From assembly GCA_035574915.1 (NCBI GenBank), contig DATLYJ010000089.1, positions 1 through 61,681 of the forward strand: a stretch of 61,681 nucleotides of DNA, written 5' to 3'. The position numbers and the translations under genes are program-made. This DNA is from Dehalococcoidia bacterium. Lineage in GTDB: Bacteria; Chloroflexota; Dehalococcoidia; DSTF01; WHTK01. The notes below the pieces were generated by a model. The model did no database searches. It was not told where the DNA came from and was given only the letters and a program-made list of their open reading frames with translations. Positions within the stretch are counted from its first letter, which is position 1, and every line of letters begins with the position of its first letter. Below, in pieces: positions 35,628 to 44,196 of this stretch.

Positions 35628-36617
35628 ATGCGAGCGGCGATCGTCCTGAACCCGTACGCCCGGAACGCGCCTTCATGGCAGAGGCTGCTATCGGCCGTGG
35701 CGGTCGAACGGCTGCGGGGCTGGGAGATCGAGGTCATGGAGAGCCGGGCGCCGATGCACGCCATCGGCCTGGCGCGCGAAGCGGCGCGGAAGGGCGCGCG
35801 AGTGGTCTTCGCCTGTGGCGGCGATGGCACGGTCAACGAGGTGATTAACGGCATCCTCGGGACGGGCGCGGCCCTGGGCGTGCTGCGGGCCGGCACGGGG
35901 AACGTTTTCGGCAAGGAAGTGCGCGTGCCGAGGAAGCTGGAGTCAGCGCTTTCCGTGCTCGACGAAGGACGGCTCTACCAGTTCGACCTGGGCTACGCGG
36001 AAGGACCTGCCGTTACCTTTGCGCCGCCGGACGCGTCCGGGCCGGCGCCGGCGGACGCCAGGCGCTACTTCCTGCTGATGGCGGGCATCGGCTTCGACGG
36101 CGCCGTCGTGCGGCGGGTGCCACGCGCGCCAAAGCGAGTCCTGGGGACGGCCTCGTACGTCATATGGGGCGCCGCCGAGGCGCTGCGCTTCAAAGGCACG
36201 CGGGTGAGCCTGAAATTGGACGGCCAGCGGCAGGAGATGGAAGTTTACTGGACACTGCTCGGTAATACGCGCTCCTACGGCGGCGTCGCGGACGTCGCCT
36301 TGCAGGCCGTCGCGGACGACGGGCTTCTCGACGCGTACCTTTTCTCAGGCAAGGGGCTGCCGTTCCTCATCAGCACGGGCGCCAGGATCGCCTTTCGACG
36401 CCACCAGAACGCCCCCAGCGTGACGTACGCACGTGTCGCCAGCCTGGAAATCGAGACGCCGGGCCTTCACGTACAGGCGGACGGAGAGTACTTCGGCGAG
36501 ACGCCGATTCGCTTCGGCGTCGAGCGCCGGGTACTAGAGGTGCTGCTCATGCCCGGAGCCGCTGACCGCATCCTCACCGGCCAGGCCGGCGAGCCAGTGG
36601 TCCCTCAGGAAGCTTAG
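35628..36617 (+). CDS. Diacylglycerol/lipid kinase family protein (YegS/DagK-like)
   Basis: MRAAIVLNPYA...VVFACGGDGTVNEVINGI. An alternative in-frame ATG lies at 35607. Confidence 0.85.
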   Translation: MRAAIVLNPYARNAPSWQRLLSAVAVERLRGWEIEVMESRAPMHAIGLAREAARKGARVVFACGGDGTVNEVINGILGTGAALGVLRAGTGNVFGKEVRVPRKLESALSVLDEGRLYQFDLGYAEGPAVTFAPPDASGPAPADARRYFLLMAGIGFDGAVVRRVPRAPKRVLGTASYVIWGAAEALRFKGTRVSLKLDGQRQEMEVYWTLLGNTRSYGGVADVALQAVADDGLLDAYLFSGKGLPFLISTGARIAFRRHQNAPSVTYARVASLEIETPGLHVQADGEYFGETPIRFGVERRVLEVLLMPGAADRILTGQAGEPVVPQEA

Positions 36618-36645
36618 CGGCGAGGGCGCGTCGCGGGGTCGCCAG

Positions 36646-37812
36646 TCAGGCGGATATCGTGCCAGCGTCCACCCGGAAGGTAATGGCCGCCGCCATAAAG
36701 CCGGGGTCGAAGCCGTGAGTATCGGTGGCGGTGAACCAGACCTGGTCGAAGTCCGCGATGGTCGCGAGCACCGAGCGGCGACGCGCTTCGTCCAACTCCG
36801 AGACGATGTCGTCGAGGAGGAGCACAGGGGGGTCGGTGATGTCCCGCTCCAGGATGCGGGCTTCGGCCAGCCGCAAGGAGAGAGTGGCCGTACGCACCTG
36901 GGCCCGGGAGCCGAAGGAGCCCGCGGAGGCGCCGTTGATGCGGAGCGCGACCTCGTCCCTGTGGGGCCCCACAAGGGACATGCCGGCGGCAATCTCCCGG
37001 CGCCGGGCGCGCTGGAGCCCGCCGGCGAGCATTGCCTGAAAGTCCTCCAGGCCCGCCGGCGCCTCCGGCCGCCAGGACTCGTCCGCGGCAAGGCGCGGCC
37101 AGTATTCGAGGTCGAGGGCCTCCATGGCGTCGCCGCTGAGGTCCCGGTGGAAGGCAGCGGCGAGGGCCGCGAGCGAGGCGCAGGCCCGCGCGCGCGCCTG
37201 CACGATTATCGCTCCCTCCTGGACCAGCCTGTCGTCCCAGAAGTCCAATTCGTCCGGCGCGCCGATGCCTTCCTTGATGCGCTTGAGGACGGCGTTCCGC
37301 TGTTGTAGCACCCGCGCATACTGCTGGCCGGCGGTGTAGTAGCGCCTGTCGAGCTGCGAGAGCATTTCGTCAAGGAAGCGCCTCCGCTCCGAGGGCGGAC
37401 CGGTGATTATCGCCATGTCCTCGGCCGTAAACTGCACAGCCCGCAGGTTGCCGACGAAGTCGGCGGCACGGCGTGGGATGCCGTTGACGCGCAGCCGCTT
37501 GCCTGCCCGGGCGCCCGTCTTGGGGCTCGGCCCGGCGATGATCACCTCGAGTTGGAGGCTGCCCGTGCGCCGCTCGACGGCGCCTGTCACCCGCGCGACG
37601 GGCTGGGGGTCGGCTTCTGCCTCCCAGCTGATCATCTCGGCTTCGCTGGCCGCGCGGCCGGAACGCCCGTTGGCGAGCAGGTACACAGCCTCCAGCAGGT
37701 TGCTCTTGCCCTGAGCGTTAGCGCCGAGGAAGAGGAGGTTTCCTCTGGGAAGAGAGAGATCGAGTTGCAGGTAGTTCCGAAAGGCCGTGAGCTGCAGCCG
37801 TCTCAGATACAA
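36646..37812 (-). CDS. recF: DNA replication and repair protein RecF
   Basis: LQLTAFRNY...LFLGANAQGKSNLLEAV (Walker A), signature LSGG-like region, LLLDDIVSELD. Confidence 0.93.
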   Translation of the reverse strand: MYLRRLQLTAFRNYLQLDLSLPRGNLLFLGANAQGKSNLLEAVYLLANGRSGRAASEAEMISWEAEADPQPVARVTGAVERRTGSLQLEVIIAGPSPKTGARAGKRLRVNGIPRRAADFVGNLRAVQFTAEDMAIITGPPSERRRFLDEMLSQLDRRYYTAGQQYARVLQQRNAVLKRIKEGIGAPDELDFWDDRLVQEGAIIVQARARACASLAALAAAFHRDLSGDAMEALDLEYWPRLAADESWRPEAPAGLEDFQAMLAGGLQRARRREIAAGMSLVGPHRDEVALRINGASAGSFGSRAQVRTATLSLRLAEARILERDITDPPVLLLDDIVSELDEARRRSVLATIADFDQVWFTATDTHGFDPGFMAAAITFRVDAGTISA

Positions 37813-37863
37813 AGGAGACCCCGGGCAATTATGGCACGGGGCAGCCCGCGGGCCGGCCGGGCT

Positions 37864-38499
37864 TCAGGCGGGGGCGATGCGCAGGCGCAGGCGCGACATC
37901 TCCGGCTTCGAGTCTTCGATGGCGGCCGTGAACGGGGTCGAACGCCGCAACCAGTCGGCGATTTCCGTCGCCGTGACAGGCGCTGTCAGATGCACGAGAA
38001 GGCGGGAGTCGCCCTCCTGGTAGCGCTCGACGGAGACGCCGGCGACCTGCTCCATCGCCGAGACAGCTTTTTGCACCTCCATTAGCGCCTGGAAGCCTGG
38101 CAGACCGGTAAGCGTCAGGCTGAGGCCATCTGCGCCAGGCCGGAAGGGCGTCTCTGCGGGGACCGCGGCCACGCCCTGGGGCTCGGCGAGACGCTCGAGG
38201 AGGTCACCCATGAGCTGGGAGAGGCCCTGGAGGTGGGTTACGAGGCGGTCGAGGGAGCCGGCAAGCGTGACGAGCTGGTCGCCGAGCTGGCGCCGCTGCT
38301 CCTTGTCCTCCTCGAGTTGCATTTCTACGCGCCGCGCGAGTTGATCGATGGCCGCGCGGGCCTCGGAGAGCTCGGCGGTGGCTGCGGCGATGCCCGACCC
38401 GGCGAGGATCGCATCCTGTAACTCAGCAAAGGCGCGCGCGAAAGAAGAGGCGATGCGAGCAGACGTTTCCTGGTCGGGCATAGATTGGCTTTCCGACAA
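37864..38499 (-). CDS. Hypothetical coiled-coil protein with a small alpha/beta C-terminal domain
   Basis: TTG start after AGAGGA. Heptad-like N-terminal half, then LSLTLTGLPGFQALMEVQKAVSAMEQVAGVSVERYQEGDSRLLVHL. No family recognised. Confidence 0.55.
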   Translation of the reverse strand: MSESQSMPDQETSARIASSFARAFAELQDAILAGSGIAAATAELSEARAAIDQLARRVEMQLEEDKEQRRQLGDQLVTLAGSLDRLVTHLQGLSQLMGDLLERLAEPQGVAAVPAETPFRPGADGLSLTLTGLPGFQALMEVQKAVSAMEQVAGVSVERYQEGDSRLLVHLTAPVTATEIADWLRRSTPFTAAIEDSKPEMSRLRLRIAPA

Positions 38500-38643
38500 T
38501 CTGTCCTCTGGGCAGGCCGCCTCTTGCGGCGTATCGCGTCCGGGGTCTGGGGAATTATCGGCAGGCCATGCGACCCGGATAGGCCATCCCTCGACCGCGG
38601 ACGCGAATTATATCGCGATTGTAAGCCGCTCTATGCTTACAGG

Positions 38644-39486
38644 GTGAACTCGGGCGAGCACCACAAGACCTTGCTGCGAACCCTGATAGAGGCGACAGGC
38701 CTCTCGCGGCGCAAGGCGTTCGCCGCGATCCGCGAGGGCCGGGTCAGCGCCGGCGGCCGGATAGTCACCGACCCGTCCAGTCCGTTCCCGGGCGGGGAAC
38801 TCGCGCTTGACGGGCGTCCTCTGGCACACCGGCGGGCGCCGAAGGTCTATCTCCTCCTGCACAAGCCGGCCGGATACCTGAGCGCGGTCTCCGACCAGCG
38901 CGGCCGCTCGACTGTGCTGGACTTGGTCCCCGTGGAGCTGCGAGTGCCGGGGCTGCACCCGGTCGGCAGGCTGGACCGGGACACGACGGGCCTGCTCTTG
39001 CTGACGAACGACGGTGACTTTACCCAGCGCCTGACACACCCCAGCCACCTCGTGGAGAAGGAGTACTGGCTGAGTTGCCGCCCCCGCCTGAGTGAGGCTG
39101 CGCTCGATGCGCTGCGCCGGGGCATCGAAGTAGACGGCCGGCTGCGGGTGCCGGCGGATGTCCGCCGCCTCCCCCCGGCGACCGGCTTCGAGATTGCGAT
39201 CACGCTGCGCGAGGGGCGAAAGCGCCAGGTGCGCCGGATGGTGGAGGCTGTCGGGGCGAAAGTGCTAAAGCTGAAGCGCGTACGAGAGGGCGCCCTGACC
39301 CTGGAAGGGCTTCCCGAAGGACAAGTGCGGGAGCTGGCGCCGGAGGAGGTGACGGCGTTCCTGCTAGAGGGGGCCGGACCTCGGACCGTTAGCGCGGGCG
39401 CGAAGGCGTCGCAAGGAAGAGAAGTCCGACGCCGATCACCATCACGGCCACGCCCGCCGCGACCGAGCGCGCGGCCCGTTCGCTAG
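38644..39486 (+). CDS. Pseudouridine synthase, RsuA/RluB family (S4 domain plus catalytic domain)
   Basis: S4-like LSRRKAFAAIREGRVSAGG; catalytic HPVGRLDRDTTGLLLLTNDG. GTG 38644 lies 6 nt after TATGCT. The basic tail overlaps the convergent gene. Confidence 0.85.
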   Translation: MNSGEHHKTLLRTLIEATGLSRRKAFAAIREGRVSAGGRIVTDPSSPFPGGELALDGRPLAHRRAPKVYLLLHKPAGYLSAVSDQRGRSTVLDLVPVELRVPGLHPVGRLDRDTTGLLLLTNDGDFTQRLTHPSHLVEKEYWLSCRPRLSEAALDALRRGIEVDGRLRVPADVRRLPPATGFEIAITLREGRKRQVRRMVEAVGAKVLKLKRVREGALTLEGLPEGQVRELAPEEVTAFLLEGAGPRTVSAGAKASQGREVRRRSPSRPRPPRPSARPVR

Positions 39487-40084
39487 ACAGGCCCGCCTCG
39501 CCGGTATTCGGCGGCGTGATGGAAGCCCGGGGAGGAGCAACGGACGGCTCCGGGGCCGGGGCGGGAGCCGGACCCGGCTCCGTTGGCGCCGGGATGCCGG
39601 CAAAACTGCGTTCGGTGCCGTTCGGCGTTGTGCCGGGGAGGAACCCCGGGGGCACGTAGACCTGGCCTCGCAGCTCTCCGCCCGGATGGTCCTTCGTGTA
39701 TACGGTCACGTAGTAGTTCCCGGCTACGAGGTCAGCAAGCTCTTCCGGTGTGAGGTGCAGGCGCCCGGAGGTGACGATGAAACCGCTGCCGGCCAGGTGG
39801 CGCACCACCGGCCCTTCGCCGCCGGGCGGGCCGTAACGCAGGTCCGCGCCCTCTACGAGCGTCCCGGAGATTCCCTTGACGTCCACGGTGTAATCCGCCT
39901 CGAGCCGGTCTTCGCTGAAGAAGAAGCGGACGAACCCCCAGGCACCCGTCTCCACGGGCGGGACAACGTTGAAACCGTACATATCCGTCTGGAAGACGAA
40001 GGGCGCCTCGCCGGCGGCGCTGAACGGCGCAGCGAGCGATACGACAAGCATGCCCAGGGCGACCAGGAGGATTCGGCGCGTCAT
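39389..40084 (-). CDS. CHRD domain-containing secreted protein with a sortase-like C-terminal sorting signal
   Basis: Signal peptide; CHRD pattern (NVVPPVETGAWGFVRFFF...YYVTVYTKDHPGGELRGQV). C-terminus has PPNTG, a hydrophobic stretch, then SRPR. Confidence 0.78.
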   Translation of the reverse strand: MTRRILLVALGMLVVSLAAPFSAAGEAPFVFQTDMYGFNVVPPVETGAWGFVRFFFSEDRLEADYTVDVKGISGTLVEGADLRYGPPGGEGPVVRHLAGSGFIVTSGRLHLTPEELADLVAGNYYVTVYTKDHPGGELRGQVYVPPGFLPGTTPNGTERSFAGIPAPTEPGPAPAPAPEPSVAPPRASITPPNTGEAGLSSERAARSVAAGVAVMVIGVGLLFLATPSRPR

Positions 40085-40172
40085 GCTCCTGCTTTCGCGG
40101 ATGCCCGTCTCTCATACCGAGGGCGGGCCTCGCTGATATTATCGGAACAGCCGAGATTGGCGGGAGCAGGCG

Positions 40173-40991
40173 ATGACGGACTACGCCCGGGCCGACATCC
40201 TGGTGGACGGCGACTGGCTGCAGCGGCGCCTCCAGGACCCGCTGGTGCGGGTAGTCGACTGCGACGGCACGGAGGCCTGGGCTCGTGCTCACATCGAGGG
40301 CGCGGTCTCCATCCCGGACAACCACCTCAAGGACCCGAACAACCGCCTCTTCACGCTGGACCCGGAGCAGTTTGCTGACCTCATGGGCCGCCTCGGGATC
40401 GGCGATGACACGACGGTTGTCGCTTACGACACCTCGGGTGCCCGGTACTCCGGGCGCCTGTGGTGGTGCCTGCGTTATTACGGGCACGAACGGGCGCGCA
40501 TTCTGAACGGGGGCTGGCCGAAGTGGTTCCGTGAAGGACGGCCAGTCTCTATCGACAAGCCTCAGCCTCCAGCGGCAAAGTTCACGCCGCGCCCCAACCG
40601 CTACCTCTTCGCCTCGGCCGAGGACGTCAAGGCAGCCATCGGCAAGCCCGGTACGGTGATCCTCGACGTCCGCTCAGATGGCGAGTGGGAGGGGACGGAG
40701 ACCCGGGGGAACCGGAGGACCGGCCGCATACCCGGGTCGGTGCACGTCGAATGGCTGAACAACGTTACGGCGGACGAGCTGCAACTCATGAAGCCAGCCG
40801 ACGTCCTGCGCCGCATGTACGAGGAGGCCGGAGTCACGCCCGATCAGGAGGTCATCACCGTGTGCCAGGCCGGCGTGCGGGCCGCCCAGGCGGCTACGGT
40901 GCTCACGCTGCTCGGCTTCGACAGGGTCAGGGTCTACGATGGCTCCTTCGCCGAGTGGGGCAACCGTGACGACACGCCCATCGAGCGCTAG
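40173..40991 (+). CDS. Thiosulfate/3-mercaptopyruvate sulfurtransferase (tandem rhodanese)
   Basis: Two rhodanese domains with active-site loop CQAGVRA; DGSFAEWG. Confidence 0.9.
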   Translation: MTDYARADILVDGDWLQRRLQDPLVRVVDCDGTEAWARAHIEGAVSIPDNHLKDPNNRLFTLDPEQFADLMGRLGIGDDTTVVAYDTSGARYSGRLWWCLRYYGHERARILNGGWPKWFREGRPVSIDKPQPPAAKFTPRPNRYLFASAEDVKAAIGKPGTVILDVRSDGEWEGTETRGNRRTGRIPGSVHVEWLNNVTADELQLMKPADVLRRMYEEAGVTPDQEVITVCQAGVRAAQAATVLTLLGFDRVRVYDGSFAEWGNRDDTPIER

Positions 40992-41341
40992 GACTCGGCG
41001 GCGCGGCTTTCCTGCTCCGACGGCCTCGTGAGCAGGGCAACGATGGCGAGCAGCCCCCAGGCGAAGGCGACCCAGGCGATCGACGGCCGGCGGCGCAGGA
41101 GCTTCAGGCCGTCTCCGAAGTCGTAGAAGGCGCGGCTCACCAGGGGCATAGTCGGTGAGGCGGCGGTCAGGATGTCGACGCCGGACATGACGTCGCGCTT
41201 CGCCATTTCCTGGATGGTCTCTTCGTCCATGTCTGTAAGCTCGGCGAAGCGCCTCGGCTGTGTGACAGACGCCACGGCGTAACCGATCGTCCCGAGGCCG
41301 AGCAAGTAGCGCAGCGCCCTGTGCAGGTTGGCTGTCCTCAA
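40988..41341 (-). CDS. Hypothetical membrane-associated protein
   Basis: 117 aa with terminal hydrophobic segments. Its stop shares CTAG with the convergent sulfurtransferase stop. Confidence 0.45.
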   Translation of the reverse strand: MRTANLHRALRYLLGLGTIGYAVASVTQPRRFAELTDMDEETIQEMAKRDVMSGVDILTAASPTMPLVSRAFYDFGDGLKLLRRRPSIAWVAFAWGLLAIVALLTRPSEQESRAAES

Positions 41342-41392
41342 CTAGCGCCTCCCGATGTCTCTCCCGAAGCCCGCTTATCATCATAGGTCAGA

Positions 41393-42163
41393 ATGGACCT
41401 TACGGAGGCGCTCGGAGTCCGGCCGCGCGACGTCGTTGCCCTCGTCGGAGGTGGCGGCAAGACGACGGCCATGTACCGGCTTTGCGGCGAGGCCGCGGGG
41501 CGCGGCGCAAGAGCAGTCGCGTCCGGTACGGCTCGCTTCACGGCGCCGGCAGGCACGGCGGCAGCGCCCCTCATCGTCAACAAGGACGAGGACCGCCTGG
41601 TCAGCGATGTGTTGTCCGCCCTGGCGTCCGCGCCCTGGGTGATCGCCGCGACGGGTCATGGCGAGAAGGAGCGCCTGCTCCCGCTCTCCTTCGCGGCGGT
41701 CGAAGCGCTGGCCTCCCACGAGGTAGTGGAGTTACTGGTCCTCGAGGCAGACGGGTCGGCTCTCCGGCCTTTCAAGGCCCCGGCCGGGCACGAGCCCGTG
41801 GTGCCACCGCAGGCGACGCTCGTCGTGGCAGTCGCCGGCGCCGACGCGTTCGGGCGGCCGTTGAGCGAGGCCTTCGTGCACCGGCCCGAGCGTGTCGCTG
41901 CCCTGACCGGTGCCCGGATAGGAGAGCCGGTGACGCCACAGATGGCCGCTGCCGTCCTAGCCCACGCCGAGGGTGGGCGCAAGGGCGTGCCGGCCGGGGC
42001 GCGCTTCGCCGTGCTGATCAACAAGGTCACCGCGGCGAGGCGGGGTCCTGCGCGGGAGACGGCGCGCTTACTCCTGGAGCGCGGCGTGCCCCGGGTGGTG
42101 CTGGCCCAGGCGCGCCAGGCGGAGCCGGTCGTGGAGGTGCTGATGCCGTCGCTGACGGCTTGA
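41393..42163 (+). CDS. yqeC: Putative selenium cofactor biosynthesis protein YqeC
   Basis: 256 aa. VVALVGGGGKTTAMYRL P-loop-like block and LVLEADGSALRPFKAPAGHEPVVP match my recollection of the YqeC family. Confidence 0.78.
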   Translation: MDLTEALGVRPRDVVALVGGGGKTTAMYRLCGEAAGRGARAVASGTARFTAPAGTAAAPLIVNKDEDRLVSDVLSALASAPWVIAATGHGEKERLLPLSFAAVEALASHEVVELLVLEADGSALRPFKAPAGHEPVVPPQATLVVAVAGADAFGRPLSEAFVHRPERVAALTGARIGEPVTPQMAAAVLAHAEGGRKGVPAGARFAVLINKVTAARRGPARETARLLLERGVPRVVLAQARQAEPVVEVLMPSLTA

Positions 42164-42179
42164 CGCTGCGCTCCTCTGG

Positions 42180-42209
42180 TTGACGGATACTCAATTATTG
42201 ACCCATCAT
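42180..42209 (+). promoter_or_regulatory. Candidate leaderless PadR promoter TTGACG-N18-CATCAT with the 11-bp palindrome TCAATTATTGA in the spacer
   Basis: TTGACG 42180-42185, palindrome 42191-42201, CATCAT 42204-42209, ATG 10 nt downstream. Confidence 0.35.
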
Positions 42210-42219
42210 CCCTTGAGTA

Positions 42220-42765
42220 ATGCCGAAGGCTAAGACGGGCCTGACGACATCGGAGTACGTCGTCCTGGGGCTGCTGCAGGGCAGGGCCGCCTACGGCTAC
42301 GAGCTCCAGCGCCACCTCTCGGGCGGTGCCGGCTTGGCGCGCGCCTGCCCCATCGAACCGGCGATGGTGTACGCGGTCCTGAAGTCGCTCTCCGGCCTGG
42401 AGCTTATCGACGGTCACTGGGACACGAGCCAGTACCCGCCCAGGGCTGTCTATACGGCCACGCCGGAGGGTGAGGCCGCCTTCGAGCGCTGGCTGCGGCA
42501 TCCCGTGGGCAGGATGCGGGAGGTGCGCTCGGACTTCCTGGCGAAGCTGTACTTTGCCCTGGAGCGCGACGCAGCCCTGGCCCGCGAGCTTGCCCAGGCG
42601 CAGGTCGCGGCCTGCGAGGAGTATGAGCGACGCCTGCGAGATGAGCTCGGAGGCGTCGAAGAGGGCTCCTTCGACGCCATCGTCCTCAAGTCGAAACTCA
42701 CCGCGGCGCTGAGCACGCGAGAGTGGATAGAAGAGTGGCTGCGCGAGTCGCGATCGTCGCGCTGA
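42220..42765 (+). CDS. PadR family transcriptional regulator
   Basis: SEYVVLGLLQGRAAYGYELQRHL...MVYAVLKSLSGLELIDG is a PadR winged helix. Confidence 0.88.
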   Translation: MPKAKTGLTTSEYVVLGLLQGRAAYGYELQRHLSGGAGLARACPIEPAMVYAVLKSLSGLELIDGHWDTSQYPPRAVYTATPEGEAAFERWLRHPVGRMREVRSDFLAKLYFALERDAALARELAQAQVAACEEYERRLRDELGGVEEGSFDAIVLKSKLTAALSTREWIEEWLRESRSSR

Positions 42766-43514
42766 CCATGGCGGCGCTCGCCGGCCTCGTCGCCTGCGGC
42801 GGCGGCCGTGACGCCGGCAACGGGAGCATCCTGGTAGTCGCAGCCGCGGACCTCCGCTTCGCCTTCGACGAAATCGAGAAGGCGTTCGAAGGTGAATGCC
42901 GCTGCCGGGTCGAGATCACGTTCGGTTCCTCCGGGGCCTTCGCGGCCCAGATCGAGCAGGGCCTGCCTGCGGACGTGTTCTTCTCTGCTGACACGGGCTA
43001 CGTCGCATCTCTGGAGTCCAAGGGTCTGATCCTCGAGGGTTCAGCGCGGACCTACGCCTCGGGCCGCATCGTGCTGGCAAAGAACCGCCGAGTCGAGGGG
43101 AAGCTCGAGACGCCGGGGGACCTCCTGTCCCCGGCCTTCCGGCGCATCGCCATCGCCAATCCGGCGCACGCCCCCTACGGCAGCGCGGCCAGGGAAGTGC
43201 TCGCCAACGCGGCTCTGTGGGACCTCCTCCAGCCGAGGCTGGTACTGGGCGAGAGCGCCTTCCAGTCGGCCCAGTTCATCGAGGCAGGGGACGCCCAGGC
43301 CGGGATCATCCCACTGTCGCTGGCTATCGGGCTCCGCGACAGGCTCGACTACGTGCTCATCGAGCGCTCGCAGCACACCCCCCTGCGTCAGGTGGCGGGC
43401 GTCATCCGTCGCAGCCGCAGTCCCGGCCTTGCGCGCAGCTTCGTCGACTTTGTTTGCGGGCCTCGAGGGCGGGAAATTCTCGCCAGGTACGGTTTCGAGG
43501 CTGCAGAGGACTAG
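42723..43514 (+). CDS. modA: Molybdate ABC transporter substrate-binding lipoprotein
   Basis: Lipobox LAGLVAC|GG; ILVVAAADLRFAFDEI...ITFGSSGAFAAQIEQGLPADVFFSAD. The start is uncertain (42723 overlaps padR by 43 nt; ATG 42768 is possible). Confidence 0.85.
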   Translation: MDRRVAARVAIVALTMAALAGLVACGGGRDAGNGSILVVAAADLRFAFDEIEKAFEGECRCRVEITFGSSGAFAAQIEQGLPADVFFSADTGYVASLESKGLILEGSARTYASGRIVLAKNRRVEGKLETPGDLLSPAFRRIAIANPAHAPYGSAAREVLANAALWDLLQPRLVLGESAFQSAQFIEAGDAQAGIIPLSLAIGLRDRLDYVLIERSQHTPLRQVAGVIRRSRSPGLARSFVDFVCGPRGREILARYGFEAAED

Positions 43515-43518
43515 GGCC

Positions 43519-44196
43519 ATGGACCCCGGGGCGATCGACCTCTCCGACCTCCGCCTGACCCTGCAGGTGTCCTTCGGCGCCACGCTGCTGTGCGTTGCTA
43601 TCGGCCTGCCTATCGCCTGGCTGCTGGCCAGGCACGAGTTCAGGGGCAAGGCCATAGTCGAGGCCCTCACCACGCTGCCCCTCGTCCTGCCGCCCACTGT
43701 CGTCGGCTTCTACCTGCTCCGGGCTGCGGGCAGGTCCAGTCCTGTCGGACGCTTCCTCGAAGACGAGATCGGCGTGCGCCTGGTGTTCACCTGGGAGGGG
43801 GCGGCCATCGCCGCGGCCGTGCTGTCTGCGCCGCTCCTGATCCGTTCGGCGCAGGCAGGCTTCGCAGAGGTCGACCCCGAGCTCGAGCGCGTAGCGGCGA
43901 CGCTGGGGCGCACGCCCCTCGGCGTGTTCTTCACGATTACGCTGCCCCTCGCCATCAGGGGAGTGGCCGCGGGGGTCGGCCTGGCCTTCGCGCGCGCGGC
44001 GGGGGAGTTCGGGGCGACGGTCATGGTCGCCGGCAACATCCCGGGACGGACCAGGACCATGTCCGTGGCGGTCTACGACGCCGTCCAGGCCGGGGACTTC
44101 GAGCGCGCCAACGCGACGGCGCTGGTCCTCATCCTCATGTCCGTGGCCAGCCTGGCGGTCTTCAGTTGGCTCACATTTCTGGTGCGGCGGGCATGA
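43519..44196 (+). CDS. modB: Molybdate ABC transporter permease
   Basis: LPLVLPPTVVGFYLL, EFGATVMVAGNIPGRT. Internal ATG 43519 chosen. Confidence 0.9.
   Translation: MDPGAIDLSDLRLTLQVSFGATLLCVAIGLPIAWLLARHEFRGKAIVEALTTLPLVLPPTVVGFYLLRAAGRSSPVGRFLEDEIGVRLVFTWEGAAIAAAVLSAPLLIRSAQAGFAEVDPELERVAATLGRTPLGVFFTITLPLAIRGVAAGVGLAFARAAGEFGATVMVAGNIPGRTRTMSVAVYDAVQAGDFERANATALVLILMSVASLAVFSWLTFLVRRA

Noticed and set aside
41393-42163. Selenocysteine recoding (in-frame TGA with a SECIS-like hairpin) near yqeC or in the IscA-like gene.
   Set aside because: All called genes read through without in-frame TGA. No ORF pair is separated by a single TGA with a downstream hairpin.
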